Part shown: positions 46,888-54,094 of the stretch, one piece after another | Layout of the letters: the number at the start of each line of letters is the position of its first letter | How positions within the stretch are numbered: the first letter of the stretch is position 1 | Origin: a virus | DNA: 64,000 nucleotides | IMG/VR virus record: IMGVR_UViG_3300045988_044066 | Strand: one strand, 5' to 3' | Made by a program: the position numbers and the translations under genes | Notes under the pieces: generated by a model | What the model was told of the DNA's origin: nothing | The model's database searches: none | What the model saw: the letters and a program-made list of their open reading frames with translations, nothing else

Positions 46888-47466
46888 TTATTGCAACTCT
46901 AATCCTTCTTTTAGTGCCCTAGTGTATGCCATTCTAGCAAAGAATAGTTCAGCTACAGCCATAACTACTGGCTCTGCTAACTCTTCGGCTTCTTCAGCTC
47001 TTTCTTCTTTGGGCTTAGATTCTACATATTCCAGTAATTCCAACACAGCTCTATTAGCTTCAACCAGACGACTATAAGCAGTGCGAACTTGTTTATAGTT
47101 CTTATATCGTTCTCGATATGGTCTTATTGCATTCCATGAATATGAAGCAGCCACTATTATTGATATGGCACATAGTACCATAAATCCGAGGGGTTCTCCT
47201 TTAGACCATGCTGAATAGATTTGACACAATACAACACCCAAACATAGATTCTGTCCTATAAAGAGGGACAGTAAGAACCAATAAGCTGAAAATGCCTTCT
47301 TTGCTTCATCAAGTAATGATGCTGACTCTTTTAGCTTCTCTTGTTCAGCTTTTAATGAGTCAATTGACACTTCCATAGCTTCTCCTTCGTCTGAATCTTT
47401 AAGGCGTTCATATTCCTCTTCACTAATCTTGGTTATTTTCAAATCTTCTAATTCTTCTCGATTCAT
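46888..47466 (-). CDS. membrane protein (two TM helices) flanked by acidic coiled-coil segments
   Basis: 192-aa ORF. Confidence 0.45.
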   Translation of the reverse strand: MNREELEDLKITKISEEEYERLKDSDEGEAMEVSIDSLKAEQEKLKESASLLDEAKKAFSAYWFLLSLFIGQNLCLGVVLCQIYSAWSKGEPLGFMVLCAISIIVAASYSWNAIRPYRERYKNYKQVRTAYSRLVEANRAVLELLEYVESKPKEERAEEAEELAEPVVMAVAELFFARMAYTRALKEGLELQ

Positions 47467-47494
47467 TACCTTTCAATTTAAGTTCAACAATCTG

Positions 47495-47569
47495 TGGACC
47501 TGATGAGACTCGAACTCACGACCCTCTGCGTGCAAGGCAGATGCTCTAGCCAATCTGAGCTACAGGCCC
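47495..47569 (-). tRNA. tRNA-Ala(TGC)
   Basis: Acceptor GGGCCTG/CAGGTCC with G3-U70. Anticodon arm TCTGC-CTTGCAC-GCAGA. T-arm GTGAG-TTCGAGT-CTCAT. Confidence 0.7.
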
Positions 47570-47756
47570 ATATTTAGCCACACTATCGTAGGGCTATCAG
47601 CTCCCAACGTCCGACTGATTACGGAAGGTTACCTACCGGTCTGATAACCTATAAAATGCACAATTACTTAGTCATGCCCCAACTGTTCTTGTCAGTCTCC
47701 GACTCCAACCCATAGCATGTTATAGAACTCTACATGCATACCCTCCTCATTGTGCA

Positions 47757-48068
47757 CTATTTTAAACCTATCATTTCAGCAATTTCTTCAAATGAATAAT
47801 TCAGAAATAGTCTATCCATATCTGCATCAGATTTAACCCATTTAGGTCTAGGATATATAAGAGTAGGAGAATGTCCTCTCTCATGTAATCCATACACTAC
47901 TTCCTTCTTACCTTTAATAAGACGAAGGTCAATATGCTCTGACATAGAAGAATAAAATCCTATATTAGAATCCTCTACATATGTAGAACCCTTCTTAGAC
48001 ATTACCTTGCGATAAGGTTTATACCCTTTACTAATTAAATACTCTACGAACCCAATCATGTTAACCAC
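47757..48068 (-). CDS. hypothetical protein
   Basis: 103-aa ORF. Confidence 0.4.
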   Translation of the reverse strand: MVNMIGFVEYLISKGYKPYRKVMSKKGSTYVEDSNIGFYSSMSEHIDLRLIKGKKEVVYGLHERGHSPTLIYPRPKWVKSDADMDRLFLNYSFEEIAEMIGLK

Positions 48069-48074
48069 TATTAG

Positions 48075-48147
<73 letters not shown>

Positions 48148-48217
48148 ATCATCAGAAGGCAAATTGAACTACATGACACAGTAAAAGTGCTGATGCCTTC
48201 TTATATTACCCATTCAG

Positions 48218-48568
48218 TTATTCTAGATTAAGTAATTCTCTTGTCTCTTTCTTAAACTGTCTCCTATTATAGCGTTCTCCTTTACATATAGGACAACTAC
48301 AAGGAGTACTGGTTGTTTTATAGGCAAACGTATATTTAGAATTATATAATTCTGTCCAATGTCTACCTCTTGCCGTTTTATCTGGATTATACCAGTAGGC
48401 AGCGTGGAGTTTAATCCTAGTAATATACTTCTGGTCTTTCTTTAGGTTCCTCCACCTTTTGTTTCTTTGGATTAGTGAATCCTTCAGTTTCTCCGTTCTT
48501 AGTTCTTCCATCGTCTCTACCATTAGTGTTAATAATGTCTTGAGACGGGTTGTAGCCGGTTCCAACAA
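48218..48568 (-). CDS. hypothetical protein (C-terminal CSCPIC zinc motif)
   Basis: 116-aa ORF. Confidence 0.4.
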   Translation of the reverse strand: MLEPATTRLKTLLTLMVETMEELRTEKLKDSLIQRNKRWRNLKKDQKYITRIKLHAAYWYNPDKTARGRHWTELYNSKYTFAYKTTSTPCSCPICKGERYNRRQFKKETRELLNLE

Positions 48569-48617
48569 ACTTCTTCATGTCCAATCCTGTTAAATTAATT
48601 CCTTTCATACGATAATT

Positions 48618-48965
48618 TTACAATCTATTAAATACTGCATGTTCCTTTAACCACTCTTGATAGAGCTTATCATCATAGTTCCCTGAATACTCCCAATGAA
48701 ATCTACTACATTCTATAGTCTTTAGTAAGAACTTCATCACAGACCTTGTATTAGCCTTCTTTGATATAGATGAAATGTAAAACTTCTCTTTATCAAAATC
48801 ATAGTATCCTCGTAATACCACTCGGCGAGAATTTTGCCTATTTAAGTAAATTCTTGCCAACAACTTGGAGTTATTGTCTACATATCGAGTAGGTATGAAT
48901 TTATAAGCCATCTGATTCAGCCAGCAATAAAGTAATACCAACACAATAGGCATTATTAACTGCAT
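48618..48965 (-). CDS. hypothetical protein
   Basis: 115-aa ORF. Confidence 0.4.
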   Translation of the reverse strand: MQLIMPIVLVLLYCWLNQMAYKFIPTRYVDNNSKLLARIYLNRQNSRRVVLRGYYDFDKEKFYISSISKKANTRSVMKFLLKTIECSRFHWEYSGNYDDKLYQEWLKEHAVFNRL

Positions 48966-49224
48966 TCAGCCTCTTCTTGAGTTCCTTCTTAGCCTTTCTG
49001 GGCAACTTTGGGTACTCTGCATATAAATCCTGTTCAGCGGCTCTACTTGCTTCGCTTAATTGCTCAAGTAAAGCATTAACATCTTCTTTAGTTTTGTAAT
49101 CCTTAAGAAGGACTCTAACTAATGTGGGACGTTTTACCATTTCTCGCATTCCAGATTCGTACACTCTACAAATTTGGTTTCTACTTAACGTAGACACTCT
49201 CCTTAATTTCACTTTAAACTTCAT
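48901..49224 (-). CDS. hypothetical protein
   Basis: 107-aa ORF. Confidence 0.4.
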   Translation of the reverse strand: MKFKVKLRRVSTLSRNQICRVYESGMREMVKRPTLVRVLLKDYKTKEDVNALLEQLSEASRAAEQDLYAEYPKLPRKAKKELKKRLNAVNNAYCVGITLLLAESDGL

Positions 49225-49243
49225 AGTACATTCAAATTAGTTG

Positions 49244-49329
49244 AGGAAGCAGAGGGATTCGAACCCCCGGACCCCGAAGGACCTCTGGTTTTCAAGACCA
49301 GTGCAATCGACCAACTCTGCCATACTTCC
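49244..49329 (-). tRNA. tRNA-Ser(TGA), class II
   Basis: Acceptor GGAAGTA/TGCTTCC. Anticodon arm CTGGT-CTTGAAA-ACCAG. Long variable arm. T-arm GGGGG-TTCGAAT-CCCTC. Confidence 0.6.
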
Positions 49330-49339
49330 AATTAATAAG

Positions 49340-49414
49340 CACGCCCTGCACGACTCGAACATGCAACACACCCAGTTTTGGAGACAGGGGCTCTACCGAT
49401 TGAGCTAAGGACGC
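49340..49414 (-). tRNA. tRNA-Trp(CCA) (two G-U pairs in the acceptor stem, one U-U in the anticodon stem)
   Basis: Acceptor GCGTCCT/AGGGCGT. Loop CTCCAAA. T-arm GCATG-TTCGAGT-CGTGC. Confidence 0.5.
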
Positions 49415-49528
49415 ATCAATTTTAGATTGTGGAATCTTTAAAGATATAATACAGTACTACTAGCACTATAGCTCCCACAATGTAAGCACCAAAACTATGC
49501 ATAATCTTATAATTTAATGTTAATAATG

Positions 49529-49603
49529 CGGGAAGGGCGAGACTCGAACTCGCTATCTTCGGCTTAACAGGCCGCAGCTGTATACCACTTAAGCTTCCTT
49601 CCC
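49529..49603 (-). tRNA. tRNA-Asn(GTT) (long D-loop)
   Basis: Acceptor GGGAAGG/CCTTCCC. Loop CTGTTAA. T-arm GCGAG-TTCGAGT-CTCGC. Confidence 0.55.
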
Positions 49604-50027
49604 AAATGTTTAATTGACCTATCCCGATTGCATCGGAGTTAATCCCTATGGTAAGGAACTACTCCTGTTGGATACCACGTGTAGCTATCAGCTGACACTT
49701 TGAAATACCAACGAACTGCTTTCTTAATTAACTTAAATAGTCTCATAATACATCAGTTTTAGTCAATAAATAAATAATCTAGCTTATCACTAAACAGCAA
49801 CCAAAGCAAAATACTAGCAACAACAATACTCCAGTGAATGGATTAAATTGATGTTGAGCTATACAAGCAACTGTTCCTATAACAGAACCAATTACTAACA
49901 ATACTCCAATAATCTTACTCATAAATGTATCTGATTTTAAATTAATAATCTAAATAAACCACTCTATCTTCACAGACTGAGTGGTTAAACTCGTTCTTTG
50001 ACATCATGTACAATCTTAGTACATATG

Positions 50028-50099
50028 TGATTCCGCAGGGACTTGAACCCTGTTCTATAGATTAAAAGTCTATAGCATATCCATACATGCTCCGGAATC
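50028..50099 (-). tRNA. tRNA-Lys(TTT)
   Basis: Acceptor GATTCCG/CGGAATC. D-stem GCAT/ATGC. Anticodon arm ATAGA-CTTTTAA-TCTAT. T-arm CAGGG-TTCAAGT-CCCTG. Confidence 0.7.
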
Positions 50100-50182
50100 A
50101 TCCACAGAAGGCGCGTTATCAAAAACATGTAAACTGTACAATGATTAGTGCTGTACACCTTCTTATGTTTCACTAAATCGAG

Positions 50183-50254
50183 AGTGGGCTGACGGAATCG
50201 AACCGTCCTAACTGGTTTTGCGGACCAGCCCCTAAACCTCTCGGGCAAGCCCAC
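50183..50254 (-). tRNA. tRNA-Cys(GCA)
   Basis: Acceptor GTGGGCT/AGCCCAC. Anticodon arm CTGGT-CCGCAAA-ACCAG. T-arm GACGG-TTCGATT-CCGTC. Confidence 0.65.
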
Positions 50255-50394
50255 ATATCAATACGACTTATGGGCTTAACTATGAAACAGGTTAATCAAA
50301 TCATAAATTAAAAGTTGTTGGGTTGATTGTTGAGTTGATTTGATGACTGTTTAGTGAAACTATATATTATTGTGTTAATTATGGTTCTTATTAA

Positions 50395-50424
50395 AACTAC
50401 TCTATTCTCACGAACTGAGTAGTT
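50395..50424. repeat. Conserved-loop hairpin, copy C: stem aactactc/gagtagtt, loop tattctcacgaact
   Basis: Same loop core TATTCTC(T/A)CGAAC as hairpins at 53443-53470 and 53718-53755, with an unrelated stem sequence. Confidence 0.5.
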
Positions 50425-50479
50425 GTCCATATTTGCTATTATGGGATTATCAGCATCCTCTCTTGGATGCCACGGGGAG

Positions 50480-50515
50480 TATGGGTAGCCAGACTCGAAC
50501 TGGCGACAACTAGGT
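50480..50515 (-). tRNA. tRNA-Pro(TGG) 3' half (A38, anticodon stem 3' strand, variable loop, T-arm, acceptor 3' strand)
   Basis: A-CCTAG-TTGTC-GCCAG-TTCGAGT-CTGGC-TACCCAT-A. Pairs perfectly with the 5' half at 51319-51355. Confidence 0.6.
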
Positions 50516-51318
50516 CTAGGAACTAATGCTTTAGAGATTTGTCCAATCGTTAGAGTTAATAGATTTAATATCTGACATCCTAGTGGGAAGATTGTAACTT
50601 TTACACCATCTTCTAACCGCGTTATCTGATACACCAAAATCTTTACCGATTTGAACGAATGATTTTGTTCTAATTAATTCTTTCAGCTCCTCTTTCGAGG
50701 GCCATTCAGTCTTTCTAGAAGACAATCTATAACACTCTACACACATAATACCGTCCTTAGATACTGGATTGCGGTGACATTTAACACAGATGTGTTCTTT
50801 GTGTGCAATTGTGCTCTCTGTAATACTAGAACTACATTCCTCGGAACAGAAAGAAGTTTTGACCTTATGTCCGAGCATATTCTCTAATAGATAATCTTCT
50901 GCTTTATTGTAAACATTACTGCCATTGGTAGGAGGTTTAAGTCGTAGCGTCTTACTAGTTGAACATTCAGACACCGGAATTAAATATACCTTACCATCGT
51001 AAGCTGTTGCAAAATAATCTATTTGAGACTCATCATATCTCCTACGGACTGTTTCTTTAGTATTAGTAGTCTGCGTAACTGTACTAAAATGAAACGCATC
51101 TAAATCTCTAATTCCATTCTTAATAGGATTACTTGAAGACTTGCATTGAACTCTAAGAAGTTCATCACCCACATCTACTATTATGTCATATCTGGAGTTG
51201 TCTCCATAGGGAATTGAGCAATCAAATCCCATCGACATGAATCCTATAAGACAGGTTAATTCCGTAATATTACCTTTAGATTTTGTATAATCCATATGTT
51301 ATACTCTAAAGTTTAGTT
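50516..51318 (-). mobile_element. ~803-nt insertion (putative group I intron or homing-endonuclease insertion) in the anticodon loop of tRNA-Pro(TGG), between G37 and A38 (ambiguous by 1 nt)
   Basis: Joining the 5' and 3' halves gives a canonical 73-nt cloverleaf. The insertion RNA ends in ...GUUCCUAG (terminal G) and carries ORF 50531-51295 on the same strand. Confidence 0.5.
50531..51295 (-). CDS. endonuclease-like ORF inside the tRNA-Pro insertion (N-terminal PD-(D/E)xK-like motif, CxxC..CxxC zinc ribbon, C-terminal helix-turn-helix)
   Basis: RYDIIVDVGDELLRVQCK (D...E.K motif), HICVKCH...CVECY, and C-terminus ELKELIRTKSFVQIGKDFGVSDNAVRRWCKSY (HTH). Confidence 0.5.
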   Translation of the reverse strand: MDYTKSKGNITELTCLIGFMSMGFDCSIPYGDNSRYDIIVDVGDELLRVQCKSSSNPIKNGIRDLDAFHFSTVTQTTNTKETVRRRYDESQIDYFATAYDGKVYLIPVSECSTSKTLRLKPPTNGSNVYNKAEDYLLENMLGHKVKTSFCSEECSSSITESTIAHKEHICVKCHRNPVSKDGIMCVECYRLSSRKTEWPSKEELKELIRTKSFVQIGKDFGVSDNAVRRWCKSYNLPTRMSDIKSINSNDWTNL

Positions 51319-51355
51319 CCCAAACCTAGCATTCTACCTACTGAATTACACCCAT
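51319..51355 (-). tRNA. tRNA-Pro(TGG) 5' half (acceptor 5' strand, D-arm, anticodon stem 5' strand and loop TTTGGG)
   Basis: ATGGGTG-TA-ATTC-AGTAGGTA-GAAT-G-CTAGG-TTTGGG. Confidence 0.6.
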
Positions 51356-51457
51356 AACTACAGAAGTCTCTTAGTTTAATTAAAATCATAAAATATGAAA
51401 CACTTTCTTTCATGCTGTAAGACTTCTTATTCAAAGCTATTGAAAATTGTTGTATTG

Positions 51458-51530
51458 TGGGTGTACTTGGACTTGAACCAAGGACTTACACGTTATCAGC
51501 GTGTTACTCTACCACCTGAGTTATACACCC
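51458..51530 (-). tRNA. tRNA-Ile(GAT)
   Basis: Acceptor GGGTGTA/TACACCC. Anticodon arm ACACG-CTGATAA-CGTGT. T-arm CTTGG-TTCAAGT-CCAAG. Confidence 0.7.
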
Positions 51531-51632
51531 ATCATCAGAAGACAATAGATTCATTTACTTATGCCAACATACAGGAAATTGCTGTTTGTCTTCTTAGCAT
51601 TCTGAAAATGCAAATGTACAAATGACTGTAGT

Positions 51633-51701
51633 TGCGGTCGGACGATTCGAACGTCGTCTCTGGGTTATGAGCCCAGTAAGCTACCATTGCTCCACCACCG
51701 C
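51633..51701 (-). tRNA. tRNA-Met(CAT), initiator-like (GGG/CCC run in the anticodon stem); short, with one mismatch in the acceptor stem
   Basis: Anticodon arm CTGGG-CTCATAA-CCCAG has G29-C41, G30-C40, G31-C39. T-loop TTCGAAT. Confidence 0.5.
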
Positions 51702-51704
51702 AAG

Positions 51705-51776
51705 TGCCCCATGTTGGACTCGAACCAACGCCATACAAGTTTAGAATTTGCTCTTCTACCACTGAAGTAATGGGGC
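51705..51776 (-). tRNA. amber-suppressor tRNA-Sup(CTA)
   Basis: 72-nt cloverleaf: GCCCCAT-TA-CTTC-AGTGGTA-GAAG-A-GCAAA-TTCTAAA-CTTGT-ATGGC-GTTGG-TTCGAGT-CCAAC-ATGGGGC-A. Anticodon 5'-CUA-3' reads UAG. Confidence 0.6.
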
Positions 51777-51813
51777 GACAGAGGGTTTTACGAGATTACC
51801 CACAACTCATCAA

Positions 51814-52131
51814 CTATTCGATAATTTGATTCCACTGTTCAAGTGTAAGTTCCTTGACTACTATGCCATTTAGTTCAAATGGAGTATATTGGTTTCCATT
51901 CTCTTCTACAAGGATTAACCATTCGTAGCCACGTTGCTTGCTATGAGTTCTAATAATCTCCTTAATGGTTTCGATGCCAAAAGGAGTTAGAATCTTCTGC
52001 CCTTCTCTGTAAAGATACCTCTTGTTGAGGTCTTTTAAATCCTCTAATGTGGTTAAATGAGGATTAGGGTTCTTAGTGATAACTACATGGTCATCTCCTA
52101 CACTAACATAATAATCTCGATTGTATATCAT
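51814..52131 (-). CDS. hypothetical protein
   Basis: 105-aa ORF. Confidence 0.4.
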   Translation of the reverse strand: MIYNRDYYVSVGDDHVVITKNPNPHLTTLEDLKDLNKRYLYREGQKILTPFGIETIKEIIRTHSKQRGYEWLILVEENGNQYTPFELNGIVVKELTLEQWNQIIE

Positions 52132-52430
52132 TCTCTTACTAATTTAAGTTTCTTGAACATGCGACCGTCATCTTGTAATGCGATTGCTGTTAATTGATTG
52201 CCAAGGTCTGGTTCATAGAATGAAGAATAGTCCTTATTAACTAAGTCCAGTCTTACTTTCCATTTGTCCAAGTCAGCATATAAGTAGATTAAGTAGTTAT
52301 TATTCCAATCCTGCTTAGGATGTTCTAATAACCACTGCGCTACTGCATGACCTCCTTGTACACAACCATAAACTGCATCAAGCTTCTGGTCTATCAGCAC
52401 ATACAATCTCTTCATCAGAATATGTATCAA
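52128..52430 (-). CDS. hypothetical protein
   Basis: 100-aa ORF. Confidence 0.4.
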   Translation of the reverse strand: MIHILMKRLYVLIDQKLDAVYGCVQGGHAVAQWLLEHPKQDWNNNYLIYLYADLDKWKVRLDLVNKDYSSFYEPDLGNQLTAIALQDDGRMFKKLKLVRE

Positions 52431-52716
52431 TCAGTGAATCAACTCTTTCTCGGAAATACTTCTCTCCACTATACATCTTAGAATAACCACACCAACCTTG
52501 AGTTTCAAGTGATTTCCATTCTTTGATAACTTTAGCTAGATACTCATTCATAGCTTCTCCGATTAGTTTATGCTTTAATATGTAATAAGCTACATACATT
52601 GCATGTAATCTTCCTCTGTTGTAATAAACTGATGAGCAGTCATTAATATTCTTAGCTGCTTTCTGTGCTTTTACTAAATTCGCGATTTCTTGTTTAAATT
52701 GTTTAATTGTTGCCAT
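52378..52716 (-). CDS. hypothetical protein
   Basis: 112-aa ORF. Confidence 0.4.
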   Translation of the reverse strand: MATIKQFKQEIANLVKAQKAAKNINDCSSVYYNRGRLHAMYVAYYILKHKLIGEAMNEYLAKVIKEWKSLETQGWCGYSKMYSGEKYFRERVDSLIDTYSDEEIVCADRPEA

Positions 52717-52805
52717 GATAGTTAATTGTTAATAAGTTAATAAATAAATTGCCTTAATTAATAATCAACTATCTTATGGTGGCTTGTAAGTAATCTACCG
52801 CATAA

Positions 52806-53102
52806 TCATTTCCCTTTAATTTGTTTACACATGTTAATAAACTCATCATCCGATTCACATATAATCGGATTCGTTTCCTTGAGATACATCTCCAGATAGG
52901 CTTCTTTAGACAAATCGTCCACGTCATCCGGATACACACCATGTACATCATATGACATATGAGAACCCCAGCAACTAAGCCAATCAGCATCCTCAAATGT
53001 AGTACATATACACACACTTAACCCAGCATCCTCTAGTTTCTTACGAAGTTCTGGAGTATTCTTCTTAATAAGACAGTGTTCACTCATGGATTTAATACAC
53101 AT
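52806..53102 (-). CDS. hypothetical protein
   Basis: 98-aa ORF. Confidence 0.4.
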   Translation of the reverse strand: MCIKSMSEHCLIKKNTPELRKKLEDAGLSVCICTTFEDADWLSCWGSHMSYDVHGVYPDDVDDLSKEAYLEMYLKETNPIICESDDEFINMCKQIKGK

Positions 53103-53422
53103 AAACCACCTTTCTCGGAATCTCTAAGCACATACTTAATACCTGGAATACCAGGACCTGATACCTTATAAATGGTTAGTTCGTTAATAAATTCATACTG
53201 CACTCTGTTGATTTTATAATCTCCATTAGTAGCAGCAGACTCATTAATTGATGCTTTACTTGTGGTTGCAAATAATGCCAAGAAGGTAAATACTCCACAT
53301 AATCCACCAATAACACCTGCCTTAAATGATGTCTCTTTCATAATCTCATCTATTATTAATAATGAGCGGGATAACAGAATTGAACTGTCATCTTCAGCTT
53401 GGAAGGCTGTTATAATAACCAT
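53084..53422 (-). CDS. hypothetical protein (C-terminal hydrophobic segment)
   Basis: 112-aa ORF. Confidence 0.4.
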   Translation of the reverse strand: MVIITAFQAEDDSSILLSRSLLIIDEIMKETSFKAGVIGGLCGVFTFLALFATTSKASINESAATNGDYKINRVQYEFINELTIYKVSGPGIPGIKYVLRDSEKGGLCVLNP

Positions 53423-53442
53423 TATACGAATCCCGCAGTTTA

Positions 53443-53470
53443 CTTCTACTATTCTCTCGAACCATAGAAG
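53443..53470. repeat. Conserved-loop hairpin, copy A: stem cttcta/tagaag, loop ctattctctcgaacca
   Basis: Loop core TATTCTCTCGAAC shared with copies B and C. The stem differs. Confidence 0.5.
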
Positions 53471-53523
53471 GGTTTGTCGAGTTTGACCTCAACAGATATT
53501 GTATTTAATTATCGCAGTGTGAG

Positions 53524-53607
53524 TGGGCCCGGGAGGACTCGAACCTCCAGTCCAATTAAGGAGTAGATTTACAGTCTACGCGGCTACCAATTACCGGTTA
53601 CGTGCCC
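53524..53607 (-). tRNA. tRNA-Tyr(GTA), class II
   Basis: Acceptor GGGCACG/CGGGCCC (one A-G mismatch). Anticodon arm GTAGA-CTGTAAA-TCTAC. Long variable arm. T-arm GGAGG-TTCGAGT-CCTCC. Confidence 0.6.
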
Positions 53608-53717
53608 GAATCACACAATCCATATTAACTGTGAATTGTGAGTGCAAAGGTAATGAATCTTTCCCACATGTAAAAGTTAATATGTATTAAATACGATAGA
53701 AGTTTGCTCGGTATTAA

Positions 53718-53755
53718 ACTAAGCTCACATATTCTCTCGAACCGATGAGCTTAGT
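53718..53755. repeat. Conserved-loop hairpin, copy B: 10-bp stem actaagctca/tgagcttagt, loop catattctctcgaaccga
   Basis: Loop core TATTCTCTCGAAC. The stem is unrelated to copies A and C. Confidence 0.5.
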
Positions 53756-53857
53756 AGTTATTCAACAATTGCAGATACTTTAACTCGTAATAATGACTAT
53801 GAGTCGAGATAGAAATGACACTGCATATGTTGAAAGAATCATATTAATAAAATGGTG

Positions 53858-53931
53858 TAGAGATAACCAGATTCGAACTGATGTTCTTCTAAAGATTGAC
53901 TTTAGCTGTTCTACCACTGAACTATATCTCT
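53858..53931 (-). tRNA. tRNA-like gene, anticodon CAA (Leu-type) on a class I scaffold; isotype undetermined
   Basis: Acceptor AGAGATA/TATCTCT. D-arm GTTC-AGTGGTA-GAAC. Anticodon arm CTAAA-GTCAATC-TTTAG. T-arm ATCAG-TTCGAAT-CTGGT. Confidence 0.45.
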
Positions 53932-54094
53932 ATCCAGTCCCTATGGAATCATCCAATAAATTCCCACCTAGTGTTACTAGATATGCACAAAGATTACTAT
54001 ACCAAATATGCGCTCTTCTCCATGCATAATGAAATCTATCTTCTATCCAATCAGAACATTAATTCAACTATTAAATAAACGGTGCGCGAAATAC

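Noticed and set aside
48417-48608. 63-aa minus ORF overlapping the 48218-48568 ORF in another frame
   Set aside because: A 150-nt out-of-frame overlap with a longer ORF makes it likely spurious. It cannot be decided without expression data.
49985-50254. 89-aa minus ORF
   Set aside because: It lies entirely over tRNA-Lys and tRNA-Cys genes.
50465-50540. Interpreting the T-arm-bearing segment as a complete tRNA
   Set aside because: There is no 5' acceptor partner nearby. The partner lies 800 nt away at 51349-51355, which led to the split-tRNA interpretation instead.
50308-50637. 109-aa minus ORF
   Set aside because: It overlaps the tRNA-Pro 3' half, the conserved-loop hairpin and the intron 3' end. 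The N-terminus of the intron ORF in another frame is better supported.
51395-51762. Plus 76-aa and minus 67-aa ORFs in the tRNA island
   Set aside because: They overlap tRNA-Ile, tRNA-Met and tRNA-Sup genes.
53262-54078. Plus-strand ORFs of 74, 78 and 60 aa near tRNA-Tyr
   Set aside because: They lie over tRNAs and hairpin repeats in a non-coding island, with no plus-strand context.
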